The notes under the pieces were generated by a model, which saw only the letters and a program-made list of their open reading frames with translations, searched no databases and was not told the DNA's origin. A program made the position numbers and the translations under genes. A stretch of 64,000 nucleotides of DNA, from the NCBI GenBank assembly GCA_050331735.1, contig JBHJGN010000064.1:1-64000 (forward strand), read 5' to 3'. This stretch comes from Cyanophyceae cyanobacterium (lineage in GTDB: Bacteria > Cyanobacteriota > Cyanobacteriia > Cyanobacteriales > JBHJGN01). Of the stretch, positions 51,788 to 62,937 are shown piece after piece (within the stretch, counting starts at the first letter, position 1; every line of letters starts with the position of its first letter).

Positions 51788-51873
51788 TGGCAAAAAGAAA
51801 CAGGGCAAATCACCAGGGCGATTTCGATGACTGGTTTACAAATTATTATAGAGTGTCAGGGACGCTTCATAAT

Positions 51874-52075
51874 TGTCCCTGGCGGGACGGGGAAGGGGGA
51901 AACTGTCCCTGGCGGGACGGGGAAAGGGGAAAGGGAAATCTGTCCCTAGCGGGACGGGAAAAGAACACAGGATTTAAGAAAAAAACTTGGTAATTACTCC
52001 CTTCCCCTTTCCCCGTTGCGGAGCAACTTTTTCCCCCTTTCCCGTTGCGGAGCAACTTCCCCCTTGCCCCGCCGC
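51874..52075. repeat. Composite inverted heptamer element with tandem mini-palindromes
   Basis: 3x TGTCCCT(G/A)GCGGGACGGG purine arm, AGAACACAGGATTTAAGAAA core, pyrimidine arm with 2x CCCGTTGCGGAGCAACTT. Confidence 0.8.
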
Positions 52076-52180
52076 GACAGCGGAGATATCAAAGATAAGA
52101 AATTTATTTTTACCAATCTGGCTAACAGGTCTTTAAAATTAACAAAGAAATTCCAATCAGTTACTTCAAGGGGAAGCGCT

Positions 52181-54109
52181 GTGTCGTCTAGTACCATTGG
52201 ACAAAAACGCCAGAAAGCGGCTGGAGGTGGTTTTTCTCTAGCTGGAGTTGCCAAAGCCACTGGGGGAACCGTGTTGGGCATTACTCTCCTCGCCAGTTCT
52301 ATTGTGGCGGGAGGAGTTGTTGGTTTAGCCATTAGCTTCCGCAATCTTCCAGATGTTCGCTCTCTACGCAATCATGCCCCTACAGAAACAAGCTATATCT
52401 ACGACATCAAAGGCAAGCTGCTGACGAGCGTACATGGAGAAGCTCACCGCGAGGTAATCGCCCTAGACGAAATTTCTCCTGAACTGAAGCGGGCTGTACT
52501 CGCGATTGAAGACAGTCACTTCTATCAGCACCGAGGCATTAATCCCAACAGTATTGGTCGCGCTTTTTGGGTGAACTGGCAGCAGAGAGGCGTAGTAGAA
52601 GGGGCATCGACCATCACTATGCAGCTTGTCAAAAACCTGCTGCTCACCCGCGAGCGTACCGTCAGCCGCAAACTAGCAGAAGCGGTGCTAGCCATTCGCA
52701 TCGAGCAGGTATTTTCTAAAGACGAAATTTTATCGATGTACCTCAACAATATTTATTGGGGTCACAATAACTATGGTGTTCAAACAGCCTCCGAAAGCTA
52801 CTTTAATAAATCGGCTTCTGAACTTACCCTAGCCGAGTCAGCCGTTATGGCGGGTCTAATTCAGGCTCCAGAACAGTATAGTCCGTTTAATAATTATCAG
52901 GCCACGAAGCTGCGGCAAGCCATTGTGCTGGAGCGGATGAAGACCCTAGGCTGGATCACGGCTCAAGAAGCTGAAGCGGCTCGCAAAGCACCGCTGCTGG
53001 TTGGCAAGCCCACCGCTTGGCGACAGAGCGAATCGCCCTTTATTACAGAAGCCGTTAAACAAGAGTTAGCCGACCGCTTTGGCAACGATTCTCTCTTAGA
53101 AGGAGGACTGCGGGTTCAAACTACCATTGACTATAATTTTCAAACTAAGGCAGAAGAACTTGTTAACAACGCCCATCGTCAGCTTCAGAATCGAGGTTTG
53201 CGTTCTACTCAACTGGCTCTGGTAGCGGTTGATCCGCGAACCCACTTCGTCAAAGCTATGGTAGGCGGTGCTGATTACGAGTCGAGTCAGTTTAACCGAG
53301 CGATTCAGGCTCAGCGTCAGCCCGGTTCTGCCTTTAAGCCTTTTGCCTACTATGCGGCATTTGCTAGCGGCAAATACACTCCTTTTTCTGTCATCGATGA
53401 TGCGCCTGTTCGTTATCGGGACGGCACCGAAGGCGGCTACTATACTCCCCAAAACTACGGGCGTAGCTTCGCCGGACCGATGAGCATTCGCGAGGCGCTG
53501 ATTCAATCTCGGAACATTCCCGCCGTCAAGATTGGACAGTCAGTGGGAATTGATAAAGTCGTTGAAGTGGCTCGACTTTTAAGTATCAATAGCCCTCTCG
53601 ATCCGGTGATTTCCTTGCCTCTCGGTCCTGTGGGAGTAACTCCTTTAGAAATGGCGGGAGCCTATGCTACCTTTGCCAGCAACGGCTGGCACTCTGAGCC
53701 GACGATTATTGTCAAGGCAACGGATACGCGGGGCAATGTGCTGCTAGACAATACCCCAGAACCAACACTAGTCTTAGACCCGTGGGCCACTGCTTCTCTC
53801 ACATCTGTGCTCAAGGGAGTCATTGAAAGCGGTACGGGAAGAGCCGCTAATATTGGTCGTCCAGCAGCCGGAAAGACAGGAACGACTAATTCAGAGCGAG
53901 ACGTTTGGTTTGTGGGCTACGTTCCGCAGCTAGCAACCGCCGTCTGGGTGGGCAATGATGACTACAAACCCCTCGGTGCTGGCGTAACGGGTGGTGGTTT
54001 TGCAGCTCCAATCTGGCGCAATTTTATGCTAGAAGCTCTTAAGAACGAACCAGTCAAGTACTTCCCCTCTGCTTCTAAATTTACTCGACCCAAGCCTGCC
54101 AAAGAGTAG
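52181..54109 (+). CDS. Class A penicillin-binding protein (PBP1A family)
   Basis: AIEDSHF, GASTITMQL, RKLAE, PGSAFK, SRN, KTGT; GTG start preferred because the upstream extension is repeat DNA. Confidence 0.93.
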   Translation: MSSSTIGQKRQKAAGGGFSLAGVAKATGGTVLGITLLASSIVAGGVVGLAISFRNLPDVRSLRNHAPTETSYIYDIKGKLLTSVHGEAHREVIALDEISPELKRAVLAIEDSHFYQHRGINPNSIGRAFWVNWQQRGVVEGASTITMQLVKNLLLTRERTVSRKLAEAVLAIRIEQVFSKDEILSMYLNNIYWGHNNYGVQTASESYFNKSASELTLAESAVMAGLIQAPEQYSPFNNYQATKLRQAIVLERMKTLGWITAQEAEAARKAPLLVGKPTAWRQSESPFITEAVKQELADRFGNDSLLEGGLRVQTTIDYNFQTKAEELVNNAHRQLQNRGLRSTQLALVAVDPRTHFVKAMVGGADYESSQFNRAIQAQRQPGSAFKPFAYYAAFASGKYTPFSVIDDAPVRYRDGTEGGYYTPQNYGRSFAGPMSIREALIQSRNIPAVKIGQSVGIDKVVEVARLLSINSPLDPVISLPLGPVGVTPLEMAGAYATFASNGWHSEPTIIVKATDTRGNVLLDNTPEPTLVLDPWATASLTSVLKGVIESGTGRAANIGRPAAGKTGTTNSERDVWFVGYVPQLATAVWVGNDDYKPLGAGVTGGGFAAPIWRNFMLEALKNEPVKYFPSASKFTRPKPAKE

Positions 54110-54114
54110 CCAAC

Positions 54115-54432
54115 CTACGGTTCAATTTCGGACTTCATGCGCTCGAGCGTGAGGTTCATCTGCTCGAACATTTGCTGGGGAGTCATCCCAAACTGACCGA
54201 GCTGAGTTTTGAGCTGCTGTACGGTCATTTGTGCCATAAAATCTTCGGAAAGCTCAAAGCGCTTCATAAAGATGTGGTAGCGCTCCATCAGCGCTTCCAT
54301 CCGCTCGATGTACAGTTTTTTCCCTTCCCGGTCAAACTTACCGTACTCGCTGCCCAACTGAATCAGAGATTGATAATCTTCAAATAATTGTTTGGCTTCT
54401 TGTTGAACGACTTCTGAATCAAAAAATCCCAT
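54115..54432 (-). CDS. DUF1825 family protein
   Basis: MGFFDSEVVQQEAKQLFEDYQ..FMKRFELSEDF. Confidence 0.85.
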   Translation of the reverse strand: MGFFDSEVVQQEAKQLFEDYQSLIQLGSEYGKFDREGKKLYIERMEALMERYHIFMKRFELSEDFMAQMTVQQLKTQLGQFGMTPQQMFEQMNLTLERMKSEIEP

Positions 54433-54672
54433 CGTTTAGCTTGCCTAGTTTATTAATAGTTTTATTTGTTAGCATTTAATATCATTCTAGAATAGTTCAA
54501 AGCCCACCAATATACGGTTTTCCGTATCTTAACGACAGCGGTTGATCGGCAATCAGACAAGCAGCTAGCAATTACAGTAAGCAGTGAACAGGGAACCAGT
54601 CATTAGCCTAATCAATCATCACCAATGGCCAGGACGTAAAACTGTACTTTATGTGAGTAAAACCCGTTACCG

Positions 54673-55065
54673 ATGTCAGCTTTAGAAAAACTGCTCAATC
54701 AGCCAAGAAGCCGGAAAGCTGCCGTGGCGATCGCTCTTTTAGGAACGGTTACGCCTCTGGTAGGACTCCACAAATTTTACTTAAAACAGCCGCTGTGGGG
54801 CGTGATTTACTTTCTGCTTGGGGCAACGCCCGTTCCGCGCTTTGCCTGCGCCATCGAAGCCGTTTGGTTAATGATTCAGGACCAAGAACAGTTCGAGCAG
54901 CGGTTCAACGGTCAGCCAGAACCGCCAGCCAGTACCGTAGATCCAGAGCGCGTCGGAGCGGTCGTTGAAGCTTTACGTCAGCTCGACCAGTTGCGCTCAG
55001 ACGGGTTAATGTCGGAGTATGAGTTTGAACAAAAGCGTCGCCAATTGCTCGATCAGATTGCTTAG
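54673..55065 (+). CDS. TM2/NINE membrane protein with SHOCT tail
   Basis: GLHKFYL, C-terminal L..GLMSEYEFEQKRRQLL. Confidence 0.82.
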   Translation: MSALEKLLNQPRSRKAAVAIALLGTVTPLVGLHKFYLKQPLWGVIYFLLGATPVPRFACAIEAVWLMIQDQEQFEQRFNGQPEPPASTVDPERVGAVVEALRQLDQLRSDGLMSEYEFEQKRRQLLDQIA

Positions 55066-55067
55066 TC

Positions 55068-55252
55068 GCTCCGCGACGGGGAAAGGGGAAGGGAGAAAGG
55101 GCAAAGGGTAAATCAATCAGCCTGTTTCTTAATCCTGTGTTTTTTCCCATCCCGTTCCGTAGGAACATTTTTCCCTTTCCCCCTTCCCCGTTCCGTAGGA
55201 ACTATTTCCCCCTTCCCCTTTCCGCAGGAACATTTTCCCCTTTCCCCGCGCC
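55068..55252. repeat. Composite inverted heptamer element
   Basis: GGGGAAA arm, reversed core TTTCTTAATCCTGTGTT, TTTCCCC arm with repeated TTCCG(T/C)AGGAAC. Confidence 0.75.
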
Positions 55253-55294
55253 TATGGCGCTCTATCTGCGCTCATGGTTCCATAGAAATTGTGA

Positions 55295-55852
55295 ATGGCG
55301 ATGATTTTGGCTAACTGGCTTCCTTGGGTGCGATTGGGATTGGCTTCTCGTCAAGGAGTCATTCGAGAGAGGATTTTGAACAATCCTTACTGTCGGCTGC
55401 AAACATGGGCAGAAGTGGCAGTCGCTGCCGAGCTGGGCCTTAAAATTGATGTCAATCGGGCGCAGGTAGATGATTGGCTAAGGCTGCCGGGAATCTCGAT
55501 TCACCAGGCGCGATCGCTCGTCGAATTGACCAGTATGGGGGTGCAGTTTCTCTGCGTCGAAGACCTAGCCGCTGCTCTCAGCGTCCCCGGCGAACAGATT
55601 GAGCCGTTAAAGCCGGTTTTGCACTTCCGTTACTACGATCCAGAAAGTTCATCCACGCCTCAGCAGGTCAATCCCAATACCGCTTCCGCTGAACAACTCG
55701 CGCAGATTCCCATTCTCGATGAGAGCTTAGCCGCTAAAATCGTGCAAAATCGCCACTCAAACGGCGCCTTCCGCAACTTAGCCGATTTAGGACAGCGCCT
55801 TTCCCTCAACAGTGAAATGACGGCTCAACTGATGTATTATTTGCGGTTTTGA
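55295..55852 (+). CDS. ComEA-like helix-hairpin-helix DNA-binding protein
   Basis: IDVNRA..WLRLPGI and VNPNTASAEQLAQIP HhH motifs. Confidence 0.82.
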   Translation: MAMILANWLPWVRLGLASRQGVIRERILNNPYCRLQTWAEVAVAAELGLKIDVNRAQVDDWLRLPGISIHQARSLVELTSMGVQFLCVEDLAAALSVPGEQIEPLKPVLHFRYYDPESSSTPQQVNPNTASAEQLAQIPILDESLAAKIVQNRHSNGAFRNLADLGQRLSLNSEMTAQLMYYLRF

Positions 55853-55897
55853 TCAAAAGCTTTGCTCTCACCTCCAACTGGTCACTGGCTACTAGTG

Positions 55898-55962
55898 TCC
55901 CTTTCCCCTTTGCCCTTTCCCCTTTGCCCTTTCCCCCTTCGACGGCCCTTTCCCCGTTCGAC
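55898..55962. repeat. CCCTTT(C/G) heptamer tract
   Basis: About seven tandem pyrimidine heptamers between convergent genes. Confidence 0.7.
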
Positions 55963-56025
55963 GCAAACTGTTCCTATCCCCCCACTAAACATACAGTTGA
56001 GCGTCGAACAGTTTGTGGTCACTAT

Positions 56026-57132
56026 TTATTGTTCACTGACCCTCACCAACAGCCAGCCCCCAATTCCTAAACCCAAGAAATTGGGGAGCCAGGCGGCTAG
56101 AAAAGGCGAGAGAACTCCGACGACACCGAGACTACTCACGAAGAAGCCCAAAAAGTAATAGCTAAAAACAACCGCTACACAAATGCCAAAGCTAGTGGCT
56201 TTGCTCGCGTACTGCCGACGACTGCCTAACGCGGCTCCTACCAAACTGAACACCAAACAAACAAACGGAAACGCTATTTTTTGCTGCATCCGGACTGTAA
56301 ACAGGCGTAGTTTCTTGTTATCGTTGCTCATTTGCAAAACTTCGATGTATTCCTGCGCTTGAGCAATATTCATCTCATCGGGATTGCGGTATTTTTGAGC
56401 TAAATCGAGGGGAATTTTAGAGAGAGAGAGCTGTCGGCGAGCAAACGGGGATACCTGATTGAAGGAAGCATCGGTGGCGAGTTGATAAGTTCTGCCGTTG
56501 AAAAAATCCCACTGTTTTTGAATGGGATTCCATTTCGCTGTATCGGCAACAATGATTTGAGCCAGCGTTTGTTCGGTCCAGTGCAGCACAATCGGGTTGT
56601 TCATGGCAGTGCCGTCAAATGCTTGTGCGTAAAACAGGCGCTTGAGATGGCTGTCTCGATCGTATTCTGGATAAATCAGGTCTTGGGTTGGCGGAGGTGT
56701 GGTGGCCTGAATATACGGAGCCTGGAGAGTGGTGGCGCGATAGTTGGCGGCAGGAACAACTAATTCATTGAAAAACAACGTGACTAGGGTGACCCCCAGA
56801 CTCAGCACTAAAGCAGGCACGACCAGTCGGTAGATGCTCATCCCGCTACTGCGGAGGGCGACTAACTCGCTATCGCTGCTCAAGCGACCATAGGCCGTCA
56901 GAGTTGAGAGCAGGACCGAGAGGGGAAAGGCATAGGCGATGAACTCGGGCAGCTTCAAGAACAAAATGGCGATCGCGGTCTTTAACGGGAGGTTAAATTC
57001 AAACATTTTGTTGACGATATCCGCTAACTCACCCACTGCCACACCGAGGGCTGAAAAAATCCCAACGCTGAAGCACAGGGGCAAACAGATTTCGGTGGCA
57101 AGATAGCGATCGAGCAGAGATAAGCTTTTCAA
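56026..57132 (-). CDS. LptF/LptG family permease
   Basis: LDRYL, RLSSDSELVALRSSG, FNELVVP, AAWLPN. Confidence 0.9.
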   Translation of the reverse strand: MKSLSLLDRYLATEICLPLCFSVGIFSALGVAVGELADIVNKMFEFNLPLKTAIAILFLKLPEFIAYAFPLSVLLSTLTAYGRLSSDSELVALRSSGMSIYRLVVPALVLSLGVTLVTLFFNELVVPAANYRATTLQAPYIQATTPPPTQDLIYPEYDRDSHLKRLFYAQAFDGTAMNNPIVLHWTEQTLAQIIVADTAKWNPIQKQWDFFNGRTYQLATDASFNQVSPFARRQLSLSKIPLDLAQKYRNPDEMNIAQAQEYIEVLQMSNDNKKLRLFTVRMQQKIAFPFVCLVFSLVGAALGSRRQYASKATSFGICVAVVFSYYFLGFFVSSLGVVGVLSPFLAAWLPNFLGLGIGGWLLVRVSEQ

Positions 57133-57257
57133 TACGTGCAGAAAAAGAAGTCGGACACTTCAACGTTAATCGCTTTATGTATAGTCGTTGCAACTAACCC
57201 ATAGCAACTCAAGCCACTTTTTTTGCCAAGCGCAGGATTGTATTGCAGCAGTCAGGC

Positions 57258-59630
57258 TCATCTTAAAATTTTAGGGACAACGACTGACCGCAAAAAATGG
57301 CCAACAAGCTTCGTGAAGGGGTGTACGCGACCCAGTTGCTTTGTCCCAGTGTTCTCGGCGTCAAGCAATTTTTCGGCTTCTATACTGTCTACTGGTTTCG
57401 CAAAAAGATATCCTTGGCCAAACTCACACGGGAGCGTTTCTAGAGAAGTGAGTTGCTCGTGGGTCTCAATGCCTTCAGCAGTGACCGTCATCTCTAAAGC
57501 AGAGGCAAGAGAGACAATGGCCTGGACGATTTCTGCATTTTTCTGGCTGTTCTTGAGGTTGTGAATAAAAGAGCGATCAATTTTTAGGTTATTAAAGGGA
57601 AAATAGTGTAAATAACTTAAAGAAGAATACCCGGTGCCAAAGTCATCCATGCACAGTTGGACTCCTAATGCTTTGAGTTTTAAAAAGGTAACAGCGGCAG
57701 ATTGAGCATTTTCGATCAAGACGCTTTCTGTAATTTCTAGCTTCAAACGATGAGGCAGTATATTAGTTTCTTGAAGAATTTGAGTGACTTTTGCCACCAG
57801 ATTGGGATGTTGAAACTGCTTGACCGATAGATTGACGCTGATGGTCAACTGTTTAGCCGGAAACTGCCGTTGCCATTGGCGTAATTGACGACAGGCCTCC
57901 CGGAGAACCCATGAATCAATGGCAACAATTAGTCCAATATCTTCTGCGATGGGAATGAAGACATCGGGAGCAATGAGGCCTCGCTCTGGATGGTGCCAGC
58001 GGACTAAAGCTTCAAACCCAGTGATTTGTTGGGTTGATAGTGCCATAATGGGCTGGTAGTACACCTGGAAGTTCTCTTGCTCAATGGCTCGGCGTAGGTC
58101 AGTTTCTAGCTGCAATCGTTCTACCGCTTGGGCATGCATCGCTGTATTAAACACGGAGTATCTGGCCCGCCCCTGATTTTTAGCACGATACATGGCAATA
58201 TCCGCATCGCGCAGCAGTTCTTCCGGCTGACGATAATGAGCCTGTCTCTCAACAATGCCAATACTAATTGAGGTAAATACTTCTTGCTTTTCTAAAATAA
58301 ACGGCGACGCTAGGGCGGTTTGAATCTGTTCGGCTACCTGAACCGCGACACTGCCATCCGGAATCTCTTCCAGCAGAACGGTAAACTCATCGCCCCCAAG
58401 ATGAGCTACTGTTCCCTGGGATACACAGCCCTTGAGCCGCTGGGCGATCGCACAGAGGAGTTTGTCTCCCGTCAGATGACCGAGGCTATCGTTAATCACT
58501 TTGAAGCGATCGAGATCTAAAAACAGGACCGCAAAGTGATAGGGCGGGCGTTGTTGACTCTGCCGCAGGGCTTGCTCTAGACGCTTTATGAACCAGGCTC
58601 GATTCGGCAATCCGGTCAGGACATCATGGAAAGCTAGATGAAGGAGCTTAGATTCAAGCTGCTGTCGTTCTTGAATTTCTGCTGCTAGTTTTTGAGTGGT
58701 TGCCTCCGCTGCTGCCGCTCTCACTAACGCCGCTTGTGCCTGCTTCCGCTCGGTGAGATCCTGCGTTACCTGGACAAAACCTCGGATTCCGTCTCGACCC
58801 GACAGCGACGTAATAATTGTATTCCCCCAAAACTGCGTCCCGTCCTGCCTCACTCGCCAGCCTTCGTCTTCAAAGCGACCCGTGGCGGCAGCGGTCTGCA
58901 AAGCTTGCTCCGGCTTTCCCTGCTCAATGTCTGCGGCTGGATAAAAGCACCGAAAATGCCGCCCGATAATCTCGGATGCCTGATACCCTGTGATTTTTTG
59001 TGCTCCTGCATTCCAGCTAGCAATATTGCCGTTGAATTCTAGACGAAAAATAGCGTAGTCTTGAGCCCCTTCAACTAACGCCCGCGATCGCGCTTCACTG
59101 TGCCGTAGCTCGCGGTTAGTCTGCTCCAGCTTGGCTGAATTAAGACGTAACTCAAGCTGCGAGACCACCTGGCGACTCAAAGCCTGCAACGCCTCTATTT
59201 GTTGAGAACTGAGGTGCTTGGGAACGGTATCGATGGCACAGAGAGTCCCCATTGGATATCCCTCCGGCGTTACCAAAGGCGCACCAGCATAAAAGCGAAT
59301 CTTCGGGTCGGAGGTCACCAGGGGATTATTAGCAAAGCGTTCGTCTTCCAGCGCGTTAGAAACAATTAGCAGCTTGTCCGGCTGGAGGATGGCATGAGCA
59401 CAAAATGCTAGCTCCCGGGGAGTTTCTGGCACCGACAAACCGACTTTGGCCTTGAACCACTGCCTCTGAGCATCGATCAGACTAACCAACGCGATCGGCG
59501 TTCCGCAAATATACGCAGCGAGAGCAGCGAGATCGTCATAGGCTCGCTCAGGGAGAGTATCTAAGATTCTGTAGCGGTCGAGCGCCTCCAGCCGTTCGGC
59601 TTCGTTCGATGGCAGCGGTAGCAGTTTCAT
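57258..59630 (-). CDS. GAF-PAS-GGDEF-EAL c-di-GMP signalling protein
   Basis: [19 protein letters not shown], intact GGDEF, EAL and DDFGTGYSS. Confidence 0.94.
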   Translation of the reverse strand: MKLLPLPSNEAERLEALDRYRILDTLPERAYDDLAALAAYICGTPIALVSLIDAQRQWFKAKVGLSVPETPRELAFCAHAILQPDKLLIVSNALEDERFANNPLVTSDPKIRFYAGAPLVTPEGYPMGTLCAIDTVPKHLSSQQIEALQALSRQVVSQLELRLNSAKLEQTNRELRHSEARSRALVEGAQDYAIFRLEFNGNIASWNAGAQKITGYQASEIIGRHFRCFYPAADIEQGKPEQALQTAAATGRFEDEGWRVRQDGTQFWGNTIITSLSGRDGIRGFVQVTQDLTERKQAQAALVRAAAAEATTQKLAAEIQERQQLESKLLHLAFHDVLTGLPNRAWFIKRLEQALRQSQQRPPYHFAVLFLDLDRFKVINDSLGHLTGDKLLCAIAQRLKGCVSQGTVAHLGGDEFTVLLEEIPDGSVAVQVAEQIQTALASPFILEKQEVFTSISIGIVERQAHYRQPEELLRDADIAMYRAKNQGRARYSVFNTAMHAQAVERLQLETDLRRAIEQENFQVYYQPIMALSTQQITGFEALVRWHHPERGLIAPDVFIPIAEDIGLIVAIDSWVLREACRQLRQWQRQFPAKQLTISVNLSVKQFQHPNLVAKVTQILQETNILPHRLKLEITESVLIENAQSAAVTFLKLKALGVQLCMDDFGTGYSSLSYLHYFPFNNLKIDRSFIHNLKNSQKNAEIVQAIVSLASALEMTVTAEGIETHEQLTSLETLPCEFGQGYLFAKPVDSIEAEKLLDAENTGTKQLGRVHPFTKLVGHFLRSVVVPKILR

Positions 59631-59805
59631 TCACAGAATCAAAACATTTATAGTTAAGCATAGAGTACGCTTGTTGAACTGACCTCCGTGTAACTTCGGA
59701 AGTCATTTGATCGACTCGACGCTGCTTGAACCTGGTTCGACGGAACTGTATGCTGGTCTGATGTCGTTCACAATAGAAGCGTAACCTGTCGATTGCGATT
59801 TCACT

Positions 59806-61152
59806 TTGACTCACCCCTCCCAGCACCACTACAATCAAGCCCGCGCCAGCCTTCAGCAGGCGCTCTCTTGGTTTGCAAGCTTTCGCCGCCACTGGAACCA
59901 CCCCCCCAACGTTGAACTGCAAGCAGCGGTTCGCCAAGACTTACAGGTGCTTAAATCCGCGCTCGATAAGCTCGACCAAAACGTGATTAGAATTGCCGCT
60001 TTTGGCTTAGTCAGTCGCGGTAAATCAGCGGTAGTCAATGCTTTACTCGGGCAAAAAGTGTTACCGACTGGTCCAATTCACGGCGTAACGCAATGGCCGA
60101 AATCGATTCGCTGGACTCCACCCAGTGGTAAAGTTCAGATTGAACTGATCGATACGCCGGGACTCGACGAGATCGCCGGACAGGCGAGGGCAGACATGGC
60201 CAGAGAGGTCGCCCGACAGGCAGACCTGATTCTGTTTGTGGTAGCAGGAGATATTACCCGTAGCGAGTATCAGGCTCTAGCAGAACTACGACAGAGCCAC
60301 AGGCCTCTAATTTTAGTATTTAATAAAATCGATCTCTACCCAGAGCGAGACCGGGAGGCCATTTATCGACAGCTACAGCAGCTTGGCAGAGGCAGTGCTG
60401 AAGCGCCCCTCCTCTCACCGGACGAAATTGTGCGGGTGGCCGCCGAACCGCAGCCGCTACCGGTTCGGGTAGAGTGGGGGGATGGAAAGGTAACGCAGGC
60501 ATGGGAATCTCCACCGCCACAGATTGAGGAACTGCGGCAGAAAGTGCTTCAAATTCTGAATTGGGAAGGGCGATCGCTGCTGGCCTTCAATGCCCTCGTG
60601 CAGGCGAGAAACGCCGAGGTAAAGATTGCCCAAAAAACCCTGGACCTGCGCCAAGCAGAAGCCGAAGCACTCATCTGGAAATACAGCAAATACAAAGCGC
60701 TCGCGGTGGCAGCCAACCCGATTGCGGTGTTAGATATCCTCGGTGGGTTCGTCACCGATTTGGCCCTGATTCGCGCCCTCGCCCGTCTGTATGGGTTGCC
60801 AATTACCAACTACGAAGCTGGCAAGCTGTGGCGCAAGGTGTTAACGAGTTCCGGAGGGTCGATTCTGGCTGAAATCGGCAGCAGCGTCCTGCTGGGGGTG
60901 GGAAAAAGTGCCGCCGTCGCCAGTGCCCTGGAGAGTCCCACCGTGATTACTACCTATGCCAGTACCGCCGCTATCCAGGGAGCGATCGCGGGCTATGGAG
61001 CCTATGCGGTGGGGCAAGTCGCCAAAGAGTACCTCAAGGCTGGGTGTACCTGGGGGCCTCTCGGTCCCAGTACCGTCATTCAAGAGATCCTCAACACCAT
61101 TGACCCCAACACAATTCTGTATCGGCTGCGTCAGGAATTGGGTCCGCTTTAG
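59806..61152 (+). CDS. Era-like GTP-binding protein with DUF697 C-terminus
   Basis: GLVSRGKS, DTPG, NKID; hydrophobic C-terminal region. Confidence 0.88.
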   Translation: MTHPSQHHYNQARASLQQALSWFASFRRHWNHPPNVELQAAVRQDLQVLKSALDKLDQNVIRIAAFGLVSRGKSAVVNALLGQKVLPTGPIHGVTQWPKSIRWTPPSGKVQIELIDTPGLDEIAGQARADMAREVARQADLILFVVAGDITRSEYQALAELRQSHRPLILVFNKIDLYPERDREAIYRQLQQLGRGSAEAPLLSPDEIVRVAAEPQPLPVRVEWGDGKVTQAWESPPPQIEELRQKVLQILNWEGRSLLAFNALVQARNAEVKIAQKTLDLRQAEAEALIWKYSKYKALAVAANPIAVLDILGGFVTDLALIRALARLYGLPITNYEAGKLWRKVLTSSGGSILAEIGSSVLLGVGKSAAVASALESPTVITTYASTAAIQGAIAGYGAYAVGQVAKEYLKAGCTWGPLGPSTVIQEILNTIDPNTILYRLRQELGPL

Positions 61153-61309
61153 TCTAGCAGGAATAGCGCATTCAATTGAGATGAGATAGCATAGACGCCT
61201 ACCTTCTCGTTTTTTGTTCATTGCTCCCGGATTCTTTGTAAGGTATACTGCTCTGATTCGAGAACCGCGCTCAAAGACTAGAGTAGTACAGGTAAAGGTT
61301 TTCCCGGTG

Positions 61310-62071
61310 ATGCTGACTCAAACACAGGTGGACTGTCTGCGGGTGTGTATATACAAATCTGAAGCAGCACTGGCAGCGAAGGTTGCCAAAGACGTTGAAG
61401 ATTATCTCCAGTCCCTTTTAGCTCAACAGGAAGCAGCAGCGCTCGTGTTGGCGACTGGAAACACACAAATTAGCTTTCTTGAAGCGTTAACGGCTACCAA
61501 AGGCATTGATTGGTCTCGGCTAATCCTCTTTCATCTCGACGAGTACCTGGGCATTGATCCCGATCATCCAGCCAGTTTCAATACTTACCTGCGGGAGAGA
61601 GTTCATCAGCGTGTTCATCCTCGGCAGTTTCACTACATTAAAGGAGACACACTCCAGCCGCTTTTAGAATGCGATCGCTACATTAAACTGCTGTCGGCAC
61701 AGCCGCTCGCTCTGTGTTTCTTAGGAGTGGGAGAGAATGGTCACTTAGCCTTTAACGAACCAGCAGTGGCGGATTTTAACGATCCTCACCCCATGAAGCT
61801 AGTTAAGTTAAATCGCTCAACCCGTCTACACTCAGTCAATTCTGGTGAATTTTCTGAGCTTCAAGCCGTCCCTCAATACGCTTTTACCCTCACGATTCCC
61901 ACAATTTGCACCGCTCAAAAAATTATTTGTCTTGCTTTGGGTGCACATAAAGCTGCTATTGTCAAGCAAATGTTAACAGAAACCATCAGCCCAACTTGCC
62001 CTGCCTCCGTGCTGCGCCAACACCCCAACGCCACTCTGTATCTAGATGCCGATGCCGCGAGTTTTCTTTGA
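61310..62071 (+). CDS. nagB: Glucosamine-6-phosphate deaminase-like protein
   Basis: LATGNT, FHLDEY, GVGENGHLAFNEP, CPASVLRQH. Confidence 0.82.
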   Translation: MLTQTQVDCLRVCIYKSEAALAAKVAKDVEDYLQSLLAQQEAAALVLATGNTQISFLEALTATKGIDWSRLILFHLDEYLGIDPDHPASFNTYLRERVHQRVHPRQFHYIKGDTLQPLLECDRYIKLLSAQPLALCFLGVGENGHLAFNEPAVADFNDPHPMKLVKLNRSTRLHSVNSGEFSELQAVPQYAFTLTIPTICTAQKIICLALGAHKAAIVKQMLTETISPTCPASVLRQHPNATLYLDADAASFL

Positions 62072-62148
62072 GAGGGACTCAAAAGAACGCGAACGTTTCC
62101 TGTTGTTTAGTAGACTAGAGAGTGAAACCCTCATTTTAGTGCGCTCCT

Positions 62149-62937
62149 TTGGTCAGACCCACTCTTCAGCTTTTACCCCACTACAGCGCCAAATCGGTGC
62201 GCTCTGGAGGCAGAAGTTATTTTGTTGATGAGCAAGGCGATCGCTTTCCGAGCGTGACCACCATTCTGAATGCAACCAAGCCTTGGGAAGAGAAACAGGC
62301 GCTGCGGTCGTGGAGAGCAAGGCTCGGAACGCAAGAAGCCAACCGGATTACCCGCAATGCCAGTCGTCGCGGCGTGTTTGTTCATAAACAGATTCATCAC
62401 TACCTGCTAGGCCACACCATTGAACTGACCGAGACGGTGCAGCCGTACTGGAATAGTGTGCAATCAGTTCTTAGCGAGATTGATAACGTCAGACTGATTG
62501 AGGGAACTGTGTTTCATGACCCCCTGCACTACTCGGGACGTGTAGACTGTGTCGCCAACTACCGAGGAGTTCCCTGTATTCTCGACTGGAAAACCGCTGC
62601 TAAACCCAAATCGCGCGATCGCCTCTACGATGCTCCCCTTCAGCTCACCGCCTACTGCGGAGCTTTCAATCAATTTTACCCAACAGAATCACTGCATCAT
62701 GTGGGAGTGGTCATTGCTCTGCCAGATAGGCCAGCGGACGTGTTTTGGTTTGAACCAGAAGCGCTCAATCAGTATTGGCAGCAGTGGCAGCACAGAGTGC
62801 AGACTTTTTGGCACGGAGAAGTGCCGCAGGAAAAGCAGCGAAGCGGCGGGAAAAGGAAAAGCGCCACAGGCGCGGGGGAAAGGGAAGACTGTCCCTCCGA
62901 AACGGGGAAAGAACACAGAATGAAGGAAAAAACTTAA
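62149..62937 (+). CDS. PD-(D/E)XK exonuclease-like protein
   Basis: PSVTTIL, RG..VH, YSGRVDC, ILDWKT, LQLTAY; C-terminal ~40 aa read through repeat DNA. Confidence 0.85.
   Translation: MVRPTLQLLPHYSAKSVRSGGRSYFVDEQGDRFPSVTTILNATKPWEEKQALRSWRARLGTQEANRITRNASRRGVFVHKQIHHYLLGHTIELTETVQPYWNSVQSVLSEIDNVRLIEGTVFHDPLHYSGRVDCVANYRGVPCILDWKTAAKPKSRDRLYDAPLQLTAYCGAFNQFYPTESLHHVGVVIALPDRPADVFWFEPEALNQYWQQWQHRVQTFWHGEVPQEKQRSGGKRKSATGAGEREDCPSETGKEHRMKEKT

Noticed and set aside
51874..51960. Three palindromic repeats at 30-37 nt spacing resembling a mini CRISPR array
   Set aside because: Intervening DNA is GGGGAAA heptamer rather than unique spacers, the unit is dispersed elsewhere, and there is no cas operon.
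52016..52180. N-terminal extension of PBP1A and ORFs 51778-51993, 51867-52055, 33335-33596
   Set aside because: They are translations of heptamer repeat DNA with low-complexity products.
62149..62937. Cas4 or defence nuclease
   Set aside because: No Fe-S cysteine set and no cas or defence neighbours; context is housekeeping.
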